The notes beneath the pieces were generated by a model. The model was not told the DNA's origin. It searched no databases and worked only from the letters and a program-made list of their open reading frames with translations. The position numbers and the translations under genes are program-made. Shown here one piece after another: positions 21,134 to 30,793 of a DNA stretch of 64,000 bases. The DNA is taken from positions 608,001 through 672,000 of the forward strand of contig JBESAV010000001.1 in assembly GCA_041242255.1 (NCBI GenBank), given 5' to 3'. How positions within the stretch are numbered: position 1 is the first letter of the stretch; each line of letters opens with the position of its first letter. The DNA comes from Candidatus Altimarinota bacterium. Lineage in GTDB: Bacteria > Patescibacteriota > Gracilibacteria > UBA1369 > GCA-2718715.

Positions 21134-22231
21134 CTAAACCTTATCAACATAGTCACCATAACCTCTTTCTTCCATCTCAGCTAAAGGTACAAATTCAAGC
21201 GCTGCACCATTCATACACCATCTTTCTCCAGTTGGTTCAGGCCCATCTTGAAACACATGACCTATATGATTATCTCCGTACTTAGATCTCACCTCAGTTC
21301 TAGGAAGAATAAGTTTATAATCAGGCTTAGTTACAACAAACTCATTCGAAATAGGGCGAACAAATGAAGGCCAACCAGTCCCTGAATCAAATTTATCCTT
21401 TGATGAAAACAAAGGCTCTCCAGATAATATATCTACATAAATTCCATCTTCATAGTTTTTATCCAAGTTCCCCTCACTGAAAGGTTTTTCAGTACTGTCT
21501 TTTTGTGTAACTTTATATTCAATCTCACTTAGCTCTTCTTTCAAAACCTCATCAGAAGGCTTTTGATAAGACGCCCAAACACTTTTACTATTCCCAAATT
21601 CATCTAATCGATCACCCCAAACCCCCTCGATAAAAGCATCTCTTCCACTAGCTCTTCTATAAGTATTGTATCTTCCAGGATTCTTCAGATAATAATCTTG
21701 ATGATATTCTTCAGCTCTGTAAAAGTCATACCCCATCTCTACAGCAGTAACTATTTCAGATTCAAAAACACCTTCTTCATTTATTTCATCAATGACTCTC
21801 AAAGCAATCTCTTCCTCTGATTCATTGTTTGGGTAGATAGCAGAAGTATAAGAGTACCCCCTATCTCTAAAAGAACCACCTTCATCAGTTGGATCGTGGT
21901 GTCTAAAGAAATACTGCACTAACGTTTCATAATCTACTACCTCAGGGTCATAAACAACTCTTACAGTTTCACGATACCCTTCATGAGATTTATATGTAGG
22001 GTTTTCAGCTTCTCCACCCATAAATCCTGAAATAGCTTCTTCAACTCCCACTAATTTTTCAAAGTCTCTCTCCACACACCAAAAACAACCACCAGCAAAG
22101 TAAGCACTTTCAAGTTCATCATAATCTTTCACCTCCAAAATAGAGGTATCTCTAGTTAAACGGTCGTGAGCATAAAACCCACCAACAAATACAATAAAAG
22201 CCACAATAATACCTATCAAAATTTTCCCCAT
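21134..22231 (-). CDS. msrAB: Membrane-anchored bifunctional methionine sulfoxide reductase MsrA-MsrB
   Basis: N-terminal TM; FAGGCFWC, AEEYHQDY (MsrA); KFDSGTGWPSF, HIGHVF.DGP, RWCMN (MsrB). Confidence 0.95.
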   Translation of the reverse strand: MGKILIGIIVAFIVFVGGFYAHDRLTRDTSILEVKDYDELESAYFAGGCFWCVERDFEKLVGVEEAISGFMGGEAENPTYKSHEGYRETVRVVYDPEVVDYETLVQYFFRHHDPTDEGGSFRDRGYSYTSAIYPNNESEEEIALRVIDEINEEGVFESEIVTAVEMGYDFYRAEEYHQDYYLKNPGRYNTYRRASGRDAFIEGVWGDRLDEFGNSKSVWASYQKPSDEVLKEELSEIEYKVTQKDSTEKPFSEGNLDKNYEDGIYVDILSGEPLFSSKDKFDSGTGWPSFVRPISNEFVVTKPDYKLILPRTEVRSKYGDNHIGHVFQDGPEPTGERWCMNGAALEFVPLAEMEERGYGDYVDKV

Positions 22232-22387
22232 ATACGCCTATTAAATTAAACTAAATCTAAAATAACAAATTTTCAGATAAAACTCCTTTATCAAGCTATA
22301 AGTTCTTGACCTGTAAACTAAAATGCAACTTTAGCCCTATTAAAAAAGGTTTTACTTTCATAAAATACAAAAAAATTAACAAAACAA

Positions 22388-25300
22388 ATGTTTTACACAA
22401 AACAAATCAAAAAAGGCTTAATGCTCTTTTTGTTTTTGGGAGTTCTTTCGCTTACTTCCATAGCAAGTGCCGCCACAATCACAGTTAATACCGATGCCGA
22501 TAACACCACAGCAGGTGATGGTGTATGTACATTAAGAGAGGCGATAAATAATTCTAATGGTGATGTAGACACCACTTCAAGCGATTGTACACCGGGAGCA
22601 GGCGCAGACACTATTGTATTTGATCTCCCAGGAGCAACTAGAATAACAGTAGCCACTGAATTACCAGCTATTACAGACACAGTTGATATTGTAGGTCAAT
22701 CTCAAGGAGCCTCTTCATGTCTAGATAAAAACACTTTAGAAATGGAGCTCACTACTAGTCAGCAGGGAATATCAGGTTTAATCTTTGACTCTGGTTCAAA
22801 TGGGAGTTCACTCAGTGGGTTTTACATTCATAATTTTACAGCTGCATCTTTTTCAGGTTTCGGAGCAGTCGAATTAAACACAGAGGTACAAGTTTCATGT
22901 AATGTTTTCGGTATAGACGCTACCGGATCTGTTTCAGAAAATATGTATGGGATAATTGTTGAAGGAGCAAATTCTGTAATCGGAGGGCCAAATCCAGAAG
23001 ATGGAAATGTAATTTCAGGTAGTGCTATAGATGGAGTCAGAATTTCTGGTGCTTCTACAACAAATGTAACCGTATCGAATAACTATATTGGTACTAACAT
23101 AGCTGGATCTTCTGAAATACCCAATCAAAGTCAAGGTGTAAGAACAGTTTTAAGTTCTCAGGCAGAGATAGGACCCAACAATGTTATCTCAGGTAACAAC
23201 TCATCAGGGATAAGAATTACTTCACCAAATGTAAATGTATTTGGGAATATTGTTGGTCTTAATGCAGCTGGAGATGCAGCTATACCAAACAGCACTGGAA
23301 TATTCTCAACTGCAGGTGACTTAATTATAGGAGGTGGTACTGAAGCTGATAGGAATATTATCTCTGGTAATGATGCGTCTGGTATATTTATTGACACTTC
23401 AGATTCTAACATCCAAATCCAAGGTAATTATATAGGAGTTAGTCAAGATGGCTCAGCTTCTATAAGTAATGGCGGTGATGGAGTTAACATCGAAGCTATT
23501 GCCCCAATTTTAATTGGAGGTGATACCCTTGGACAGGGTAATGTTATTTCAGGGAATTCCGGTAATGGTATTCATACTCAAAACAATAGTAATGGTGCAG
23601 AAATTAAAGGGAATATAATAGGTTTAAATGCTGCTGGTGATACTGCAGTTCCTAATTTATTTGACGGGATACTTGGTAGAGCTAACAACCTAGTTATAGG
23701 TGGAGACACTATTGCCGAAAGAAATATTATTTCAGGAAATGGTAGCGATGGTATTGAAAGTTCATTTTTCTACTCTGGTCATACAATCCAAGGTAATTAT
23801 ATAGGAGTTAGTCAAGATGGCTCTTCAGATATTGGTAATGGAAGTACTGGTATCACAGCAACAGATAGCCAAATTGGAGGTCTCAATCCTGGTGAAGGAA
23901 ACATAATTTCAGGAAATGGTGATGTAGGTCTAGACATTTCATCAGGTACGATTCAAGGTAATTTAGTTGGACTAAACGCATCTGGAACCTCTGCTATACC
24001 AAACGACACTGGTGGAATATCTGCATTTGGAACAGCAGTTGAAGAAAATATAATCTCAGGAAACACAGGTGTAGGTTTGGAGCTTGGAGGTGACAATGCA
24101 ACTATATTTGGTAATTACATTGGAACAAGTTCAGATGGTACATTTGCAGTACCCAACACATCTCATGGAGTAGTTTTATCAGGTGATTCTATTCAGGTAG
24201 GTAGTACTGTCTCAGGTGAAGAAAATATAATCTCAGGAAACGGAGGTTCAGGTATAGTTTTAGATGGTACCAACATTGATATAATAGGTAATCTGATCGG
24301 TGTTTCAATCACTGAAGACGCAACAGGAAACGAGGAGTCTGGTATACAGGTTATACAGCAGTCGGAACAAGTATTTGATGGTGACGGATTTGTTACCGAA
24401 TTTTCTCCATCAAATAACATCACTATCGGTGGATTAACTTCTGACCACTCTAATACAATATCCGCAAATAGTATTGCAGGAATTTTAGTAGATGATTCAA
24501 ACACTAATATTTCAATTTTAGGAAATAATATCGGAACTGATAGTTTAGGTAACGTAGTCCCAGGTGACTTGGTAAATGATGCATTAGGTAATGGGCAATT
24601 CGCTTCAGCAGGAGAAGATTTCGGAGGTATCATTGCTAGATCTTCTTCAAGTGTATCAATAGGTAACGCAGACGGTTCAGGAGCAAATGTAATAGCTGGT
24701 AATACTGGTCCTGGAATCTTAGTTTCGCAAAATCTAACTCTTGCCGAATCAACAGTTACAATATTATCTAATTCAATATTTAGTAATTCTGGTCTTGGGA
24801 TCGACTTAGCAAATGACAGTGACGGTGACGGATTCTCAGAGTTAGAACAGGATGCCACATTAAACGACGCTGGCGATGTAGATACTGGTGCTAACTCACT
24901 ACAAAACTTTATAGAATTAACAGCTAAAACCGACAACGGTGCCAACTACACTGTAGACTATACTTTGGATACAATCTCAGGTGACTATCTTGTTCAGTTT
25001 TACGAAAGTTCACAAGCAGATCCAAGTAATTATGGAGAAGGTGAAACTTTATTAACTTCAGAAAGCATTACTCATACAGGTGGTGGTTCTGAGTCTTTCA
25101 CTGCAACTTTCTCAGTTACTGAACCAACTACATTAGTAGCAACTGTAACTCAAGACCTAGGTGGAGGATCATACGGAGCGACTTCAGAGTTCAGCTCAAA
25201 TGAAATTATAGTAGAGGAACCAGCTCCTGCTCCAAGCGGAGGAGGAAGCAATGGTTCAGGTGTTGATGCAAGCAATACAAATCCATTTGGAGGAGAAGAC

Positions 25301-25822
25301 CAAGGTTCATCTGAGCCTGACCAAGAAACTCAACCAGACGTAGCCGACAATTTCTTACCAGATGAATGTAATTACGAAAGAGCCTTAAAAGAAATAGAAA
25401 AGTTCGACGGATTTGATCAAGAAATCTCAAGGTACGAAGCTCTTCAATATGTTCTTATCATTAACTGTATTGGACTTGATGAACTTCCACAAAACCCAGC
25501 TGACTATCCTTTCTCAGATATCAATCTAGAAAGCGAAAAACTAGCTAGAGTTTTATATACAGGATACAACAGAGGAATAGTAAAAGGATATCCAGACGGA
25601 ACATTCCGCCCAGCAGATCCAATTAACTACGTTGAGCTTCTCGCTATCAATGCTAGAGCTCAAGGCCTAGCTACTGACTCTCAGGAGGACGGTACAGAGT
25701 GGTATAGCTCATACTTAACTCTTGGTCTAACTATCCGTCTAGCCATCTCAGGAATAGATTATGCAGACCCAATCACAGGTGACACTTTCTACCTAATCAC
25801 TACAACCTTCCTAAACAGCTAA
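22388..25822 (+). CDS. CSLREA-domain, right-handed beta-helix surface protein with C-terminal SLH module
   Basis: Signal peptide; CTLREAI; repeated NxISGN / GNYIG beta-helix coils; GATSEFS; GIVKGYPDGTFRP SLH. Confidence 0.88.
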   Translation: MFYTKQIKKGLMLFLFLGVLSLTSIASAATITVNTDADNTTAGDGVCTLREAINNSNGDVDTTSSDCTPGAGADTIVFDLPGATRITVATELPAITDTVDIVGQSQGASSCLDKNTLEMELTTSQQGISGLIFDSGSNGSSLSGFYIHNFTAASFSGFGAVELNTEVQVSCNVFGIDATGSVSENMYGIIVEGANSVIGGPNPEDGNVISGSAIDGVRISGASTTNVTVSNNYIGTNIAGSSEIPNQSQGVRTVLSSQAEIGPNNVISGNNSSGIRITSPNVNVFGNIVGLNAAGDAAIPNSTGIFSTAGDLIIGGGTEADRNIISGNDASGIFIDTSDSNIQIQGNYIGVSQDGSASISNGGDGVNIEAIAPILIGGDTLGQGNVISGNSGNGIHTQNNSNGAEIKGNIIGLNAAGDTAVPNLFDGILGRANNLVIGGDTIAERNIISGNGSDGIESSFFYSGHTIQGNYIGVSQDGSSDIGNGSTGITATDSQIGGLNPGEGNIISGNGDVGLDISSGTIQGNLVGLNASGTSAIPNDTGGISAFGTAVEENIISGNTGVGLELGGDNATIFGNYIGTSSDGTFAVPNTSHGVVLSGDSIQVGSTVSGEENIISGNGGSGIVLDGTNIDIIGNLIGVSITEDATGNEESGIQVIQQSEQVFDGDGFVTEFSPSNNITIGGLTSDHSNTISANSIAGILVDDSNTNISILGNNIGTDSLGNVVPGDLVNDALGNGQFASAGEDFGGIIARSSSSVSIGNADGSGANVIAGNTGPGILVSQNLTLAESTVTILSNSIFSNSGLGIDLANDSDGDGFSELEQDATLNDAGDVDTGANSLQNFIELTAKTDNGANYTVDYTLDTISGDYLVQFYESSQADPSNYGEGETLLTSESITHTGGGSESFTATFSVTEPTTLVATVTQDLGGGSYGATSEFSSNEIIVEEPAPAPSGGGSNGSGVDASNTNPFGGEDQGSSEPDQETQPDVADNFLPDECNYERALKEIEKFDGFDQEISRYEALQYVLIINCIGLDELPQNPADYPFSDINLESEKLARVLYTGYNRGIVKGYPDGTFRPADPINYVELLAINARAQGLATDSQEDGTEWYSSYLTLGLTIRLAISGIDYADPITGDTFYLITTTFLNS
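23416..23823 (+). repeat. Intragenic 39-bp exact repeat (23416-23454 and 23785-23823) marking a 123-codon duplicated unit
   Basis: AATCCAAGGTAATTATATAGGAGTTAGTCAAGATGGCTC occurs twice, 369 nt apart. Confidence 0.85.
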
Positions 25823-25840
25823 AGCCAAAAATCAACAACT

Positions 25841-25867
25841 AAAAAAGCCCCGTGTGGGGCTTTTTTT
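25841..25867. terminator. Intrinsic terminator
   Basis: AAAAAAGCCCC-GTGT-GGGGCTTTTTTT. Confidence 0.85.
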
Positions 25868-26120
25868 GTACTCTAAATTAAAATCAGTAAAAACTTAAAA
25901 GCAAGAATGATCTTCTTTATACAAATCACAATTGGCAGGCGACCTACAGCAATGTCTAAACACCTATGTTGATCAGCTTATAGAAAAGCCAGAACTAATA
26001 GATGAGTACCAAGAGTTCTTCCAATCAGTACGCGAGGCTATTACTAAAGAGTCTCTGCATACTCGGAAAAAGTCATCCCTAATATACTAATCCACATCAG
26101 GTTCTAAACCCATTATGCAT

Positions 26121-26936
26121 TTATTGGTCTAGGAATTCTTGAAGATTCTTGTAAGGCTGTTCCCCTGATATGCTTAAACCATCTAAAAGCTGCCTTAAGA
26201 TATCTCTATTTTCATCAAACAAGTTAGAATAGGTAAATGTCATAGCCTGTATACTGCCCTCATCACCAGCATAATATCTGTTGTAGTAGGTAAAGTCTGT
26301 ACCATCGAGCTTAATCTTAGTAATTAGATCTACAAACGCTGTACCATCTTTGTTCACAATGCTTTCTTCTATTATTTCAAAACTCTCACTCTCTTCTTGT
26401 AGATTGCTTTTAGCTATGCTGACTAAATTTTCTAAACCTACATTAGGCTTTTCTGCAATAATGATTGCGTAAGAGTCATTACTTGAGTTTAGCTCATACT
26501 CGGCGTCACTATTAAAGCTTTCTCTTGATACAGACCACTCTGACGCATTGTATTTAAGTGAATAGTTTACTTCTTCCCCAATCAATGTATCTATTACATA
26601 CATTCCGGTTTCTTCGTATAAATTATCAAAATTTAATGTTGCATCTGTTTCATCGTATCCTTTCAAACTTAAAAGGACTGACAAAATAAGAGCAATTATC
26701 AGCCCAAACCCAAGAAGGAATTTTATCAATATCTCACTTTTTATACTTTTCTTTACTGCGTATATCACAAGACTTAATCCCATTATTGGGAAAAACAAAG
26801 TGGCAAAGTTATAACCCAGAGCTTCTGCATTATCTAATGTGACAAGTCCAAAGTTAGGTTCTTGAATGTTAGTTATTATTGAAAAGCTAAAAAACAAACC
26901 AATAACACCAGCTAGATCTCTCTTATTTAAAGACAT
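26121..26936 (-). CDS. Membrane protein, three TM helices plus PsbP/DcrB-like soluble domain
   Basis: N-terminal hydrophobic helices; C-terminal beta/alpha domain; start moved to the ATG at 26936. Confidence 0.65.
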   Translation of the reverse strand: MSLNKRDLAGVIGLFFSFSIITNIQEPNFGLVTLDNAEALGYNFATLFFPIMGLSLVIYAVKKSIKSEILIKFLLGFGLIIALILSVLLSLKGYDETDATLNFDNLYEETGMYVIDTLIGEEVNYSLKYNASEWSVSRESFNSDAEYELNSSNDSYAIIIAEKPNVGLENLVSIAKSNLQEESESFEIIEESIVNKDGTAFVDLITKIKLDGTDFTYYNRYYAGDEGSIQAMTFTYSNLFDENRDILRQLLDGLSISGEQPYKNLQEFLDQ

Positions 26937-27021
26937 AATAAAACTTATATTTAAAAATACCATACAGCTTTGCAACGGATAAAGTAATTGAAAAAAAACA
27001 AGTTGAGTGTATTATTTAAGC

Positions 27022-27131
27022 GTCTCTCAATTAGAATTTATGGCCAAGGGCTCGCTCACTTTTTGTCTGATATGGACAATGGTGGGCACCTAGCCATATC
27101 GGTAGCCCTTCGTGGATTCTGATTGGGAGAC
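27022..27131 (+). ncRNA. Candidate structured leader RNA / sRNA
   Basis: Promoter TTGAAA-17-TATTAT just upstream; nested stems with G-U pairs (GTCTCTCAATTAGAATTTA/TGGATTCTGATTGGGAGAC, AAGGGCT/AGCCCTT, GCTCACT/GGTGGGC, TTGTC/GACAA). Confidence 0.55.
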
Positions 27132-27174
27132 CTAGGTGTCCTCTTTTGGAACTGTAATAGATTTAATAAATTTT

Positions 27175-28467
27175 ATGTTTAAGAAAGCTTTATCCAGTAC
27201 AATTGCTCTTATGCTTTTTGCTACTGCAATCCCTGTTCAAGCACAGCAGGCAAATGTGCTTAGTGATATCTCACTAGAATCAGATTATTTCGTATCAGTG
27301 AATCATCTATACGCCAACGGTGTAATTGGCGGTTATCCTGATGGAACCTTTAAGCCAGAGAAAACTATCAGCCGAGCAGAGCTCATGAAGGTTGTAGTTG
27401 AATCAAACACTGACAACATCGATGAAACCCAGTACCAAAATTGTTTCCCTGATGTTAAAGAGGACTGGTACGCAAAATATGTTTGCTATGCCCAAGAACA
27501 AGGTTGGGTGTCAGGTTATCCTGATGGTACATTTCAACCTGCAAATCCAGTAAAGAGAGCAGAGGCAGTTAAAATGATAGTAAACGCCTTTAAACTAGAC
27601 CTAACCTCTACAACAGAACTACCACTTGATGTCCCAGCAGATTCATGGTTTGCTCCTTTTGTAATTGAAGCACAGTCGAGAGGATCACTAGATCTAGTAG
27701 TTGATTCTTTTGGTCCCGCAGAGGATGCAACCAGAGGCTACGTATCAGATATTCTATACAAACTCCTCACTGTTGAAGAAACAGGCCTACAATCCTTCGA
27801 TGAGTACATGATAGAAGGACCTTACTTAGTTACTAGAGTTGTAGACGGAGATACAGTCGACGTCGAAGCAAACGGTGAGACCATGAGACTCAGGTTGATT
27901 GGTGTAGATACACCCGAAACAGTTCATCCCAACAAAGATGTAGAGCTATACGGTCCTGAGGCATCTGCGAAGGTAACAGCTGACTTACTCAATACTTACA
28001 TTCTGCTTGAATCAGACATCACTCAATCGGACAAGGATGTATACGACAGATACTTAAGATACGTTCGCCTGCTAGATGGAACCAATTACAACGAGCAACT
28101 CATTAAAGAGGGTTACGGATTCGAATACACATACGACAACAATCCTTACATTTACAAAGACCGCTTTGACGAGGCAGAGCTATTTGCTAACACAAACGGT
28201 ATCGGACTATGGAATCCTGATTTAGTTGAGGGACAAACCCTGGAAGACCTCATCGAGGAAGAGCCAACAGAGAAAAATGATGAACCAACAACTGACAGCA
28301 ACAGTAATGGTCACGTGTTCTATGTAAGTAGTAAGGCTAGAACTAAATATTACTGTGACACAGACCCATCATGGGAAGATCTCTCGAAGGATAATCTTCT
28401 TAGATACGAATCAGAAGCTGAACTAAAAGCTGATTTTCCGGGTTTAGAGCTTAATCAAGCTTGTTAG
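27175..28467 (+). CDS. S-layer homology domain + thermonuclease (SNase) fusion, secreted
   Basis: Signal peptide; GYPDGTFKP SLH repeats; VVDGDT, RLIGVDTPE, DxYDRYLRYV SNase motifs. Confidence 0.9.
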   Translation: MFKKALSSTIALMLFATAIPVQAQQANVLSDISLESDYFVSVNHLYANGVIGGYPDGTFKPEKTISRAELMKVVVESNTDNIDETQYQNCFPDVKEDWYAKYVCYAQEQGWVSGYPDGTFQPANPVKRAEAVKMIVNAFKLDLTSTTELPLDVPADSWFAPFVIEAQSRGSLDLVVDSFGPAEDATRGYVSDILYKLLTVEETGLQSFDEYMIEGPYLVTRVVDGDTVDVEANGETMRLRLIGVDTPETVHPNKDVELYGPEASAKVTADLLNTYILLESDITQSDKDVYDRYLRYVRLLDGTNYNEQLIKEGYGFEYTYDNNPYIYKDRFDEAELFANTNGIGLWNPDLVEGQTLEDLIEEEPTEKNDEPTTDSNSNGHVFYVSSKARTKYYCDTDPSWEDLSKDNLLRYESEAELKADFPGLELNQAC

Positions 28468-28533
28468 AAGACCGGAAATATACAATAATACTCCTAATTT
28501 ATAAATTAACCATCAATAATGATAGATACAATA

Positions 28534-28665
28534 ATGACAATAATATACTTAGTAGGGAAATTTATAATTGGGTTAGTTATTATTGTACTACTCATTTCTA
28601 TAGTACTTGGAGCAGAGGCAGAATATGAGGAGTCGATAAATAGAGATAGCAATGATAATTCTTAG
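28534..28665 (+). CDS. Possible small single-TM peptide (43 aa)
   Basis: MTIIYLVGKFIIGLVIIVLLISIVLG followed by an acidic tail. Confidence 0.3.
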   Translation: MTIIYLVGKFIIGLVIIVLLISIVLGAEAEYEESINRDSNDNS

Positions 28666-28990
28666 ATTACTTACTTCGAAGAGCTTACCTTACAAATGGC
28701 CACATATTCACAGACAAAGAGGTTAATATATTAAGTAGCTTAAAAGACAAAGTAGAAAAATTAAAAGAAATAGAGACCACATACAGATACAACAAGATGA
28801 TTTAGTACCCTCATACGAAAGTTTTTTTGAACTCGGTGAAAACGTTATGTACATGGTATTCTGAGGCCGATGGAGAGTCCAGGATTGAATTAGCAGAAAT
28901 AATCATTTCGAACTTTTATGTACACGCCGGAGAGGTCTTAGCTGTCGAGCTAAAAGAACCTTTTCATCTCTTGATAGGCGAAAAATCTCG
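28666..28990 (+). pseudogene. Frameshifted C-terminal remnant of a large serine recombinase/integrase
   Basis: LLRRAYLTNG..., then in another frame FLNSVKTL..WY..AD...RIEL..IIISNF.V.....AVELKEPFHLL, abutting the tRNA-Trp 3' end; no catalytic N-terminus. Confidence 0.5.
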
Positions 28991-28992
28991 AC

Positions 28993-29067
28993 TGGCAGGG
29001 CTATCAGGATTCGAACCCGACCTTGCGGTTTTGGAGACCGACGTGCTACCACTGACACTATAGCCCT
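28993..29067 (-). tRNA. tRNA-Trp(CCA)
   Basis: Cloverleaf, anticodon loop CT-CCA-AA, GTTCGAAT, encoded CCA end. Confidence 0.95.
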
Positions 29068-29190
29068 TTCTGAACGCAACTAAACTAAACCATCCTGCCA
29101 CCAAATTCAAGCTAATTCCACACAAAACACAAACACATAACCTCATCCAATTCTCAACACCAAATACTCCGATCACAACCCCCACAACTC

Positions 29191-29649
29191 CTACTCAAAC
29201 CAAACAGTGATCTCATAAGCCTCATCATTTTCGACCATTCCACTCGGATTTGCCTTTTGAAGTATCAAGCTCCCTCTCTTGCTAAACTCTTCCTCCCAGC
29301 TAGGATTCTCAAATTCCAATTCACCCTCAAACCCCACAAATTCTTCCGTCATCCAGGTCTCTTCACCATCTGCCAGTTCCACGTAACCTTCAATGATGAT
29401 CAGCCCATCCCAATTGGTCAAACTAACCGGAAAACTCCCTTCAAAAAACCAACTACCTCTAGCCATTCCGCTTATCTGGAGTGGGGAAGTCACAGTATCC
29501 CCATCAGAAGGTTCTTCAAGGGTAAGAGTTGCATCACCCACTTCATCAGTAATTACATCAGTATCTCCATCTACCACAACATCCATTTCCTCTTGAGCAC
29601 AACCAGCCAATACAAAAGCAAAGATACTCAACAACAATAATTTTTTCAT
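29191..29649 (-). CDS. Lipoprotein with Gmad2 immunoglobulin-like domain
   Basis: LAGC lipobox; SPL.I.G.ARG.WFFEGSFPV, WMTE.FV.F, K.NPSG. Confidence 0.85.
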   Translation of the reverse strand: MKKLLLLSIFAFVLAGCAQEEMDVVVDGDTDVITDEVGDATLTLEEPSDGDTVTSPLQISGMARGSWFFEGSFPVSLTNWDGLIIIEGYVELADGEETWMTEEFVGFEGELEFENPSWEEEFSKRGSLILQKANPSGMVENDEAYEITVWFE

Positions 29650-29710
29650 AATAATATCAAATTAATAGCAACACGATTATATCATGCAACCACTATAAAA
29701 AGACAATCAA

Positions 29711-29784
29711 TGGAGGCGGCACCCGGAATCGAACCGGGGATAAAGGCTTTGCAGGCCCCTGCCTTACCACTTGGCCATGCCGCC
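29711..29784 (-). tRNA. tRNA-Cys(GCA)
   Basis: Cloverleaf, anticodon GCA, U discriminator, CCA end. Confidence 0.96.
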
Positions 29785-29897
29785 ATTGATAGAACGCAAA
29801 CAAATTAAACCAAAAACCCGACAAATTCAAGCCAATACTACCGCATTGACAAAATCTGTTAAAGTTCTTAAAATTAGCAAAAATAACTTCTCCAAAC

Positions 29898-30617
29898 ATG
29901 TCCAACCACAAAAAACCAAATTCACCTGACCACAGCCAATCAAGTGAAGATTTCTCTAGTGAAACTCACCCAAAAACACCAGATCAAAGAACTCAAAGAA
30001 GATTACCAAATAGAAAGGTGGACCAAGGCGGAGGAACATGGGTTGGAGGACCTAACCGAAGTACTACTACTCCTATTCCACAAAGAAGTAGCCTCGCCAA
30101 TAAAACTCTTGGTGGCTTAAGACATTTAGCCCAAGAGCTTGGTAAAGAAGAGCCAATCCTTTCAACACCAGAATTTGATTTATTTGATATTTCAGAACCA
30201 TCAAATGATCCAGTTGATGAAACTCAACTAATACCCGAAAACTACAAGAAAAGAATTCAAGCTATTTTAGATAATAATTATTACAAACCACTTCAAACAA
30301 ATACTGACCCAGAAACAGAATCGGTAATACCAGTGTTATATGACGTGGACAGCTACACAGCTTCACAAGTCCCTCATGCTCTTTTAGCTATCTCCCTAAT
30401 GCTTAACTATATCATAGAAGATATTGAAATATTCAAAGACTACAGTCAATTTGTTTCTTCACAGACTAACTACAAATTCAATACAAGCTACATTTTCCAT
30501 ATGGCATCCGAAGAAGAATCCGGTAAAGCTCTAATAAAACAAGTTTTCGATAACTTCCGATATCAAAACTCAGATTACGAAAACATTCAATACCTAAAAA
30601 AATCATCCAACAGCTAA
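29898..30617 (+). CDS. Hypothetical protein with disordered N-terminus
   Basis: 239-aa ORF between tRNAs, TTGACA upstream. Confidence 0.65.
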   Translation: MSNHKKPNSPDHSQSSEDFSSETHPKTPDQRTQRRLPNRKVDQGGGTWVGGPNRSTTTPIPQRSSLANKTLGGLRHLAQELGKEEPILSTPEFDLFDISEPSNDPVDETQLIPENYKKRIQAILDNNYYKPLQTNTDPETESVIPVLYDVDSYTASQVPHALLAISLMLNYIIEDIEIFKDYSQFVSSQTNYKFNTSYIFHMASEEESGKALIKQVFDNFRYQNSDYENIQYLKKSSNS

Positions 30618-30630
30618 GCTGAATGATTTT

Positions 30631-30716
30631 TGGTACTCGGAGTGGGAATCGAACCCACACTCACTAGGTGAACAGGATTTTAAGTCCTGCGCGTCTACCA
30701 ATTCCGCCATCCGAGC
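30631..30716 (-). tRNA. tRNA-Leu(TAA)
   Basis: Long variable arm, anticodon TAA, CCA end. Confidence 0.96.
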
Positions 30717-30793
30717 AGAAACATCTAGAGGACAAGCCTGCTAAATGCACAGAGATATTACAAACCTTTTCCCAAAAACTCAAATCAAAATTT

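Noticed and set aside
22900-24800. Repeated ATAATCTCAGGAAA-like words suggesting a CRISPR or tandem array
   Set aside because: They encode NxISGN beta-helix coils inside one ORF; spacing is irregular and there are no cas genes
24193-24945. 250-aa antisense ORF, and similar ones at 8445-8891, 50948-51523 and 29257-29640
   Set aside because: Shadows of real genes on the opposite strand caused by codon bias
25933-25939. TGGCAGG as a firm att site matching the tRNA-Trp 3' end
   Set aside because: Only 7 bp, expected by chance; kept as a weak hint only
28827-29185. ORFs 28827-29063, 28964-29185 and other tRNA-overlapping ORFs (29693-29911, 30478-30880, N-terminus of 62259-62540) as intact genes
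   Set aside because: They run through tRNA genes; only the recombinase-like fragment and the shortened 62259-62483 ORF were kept
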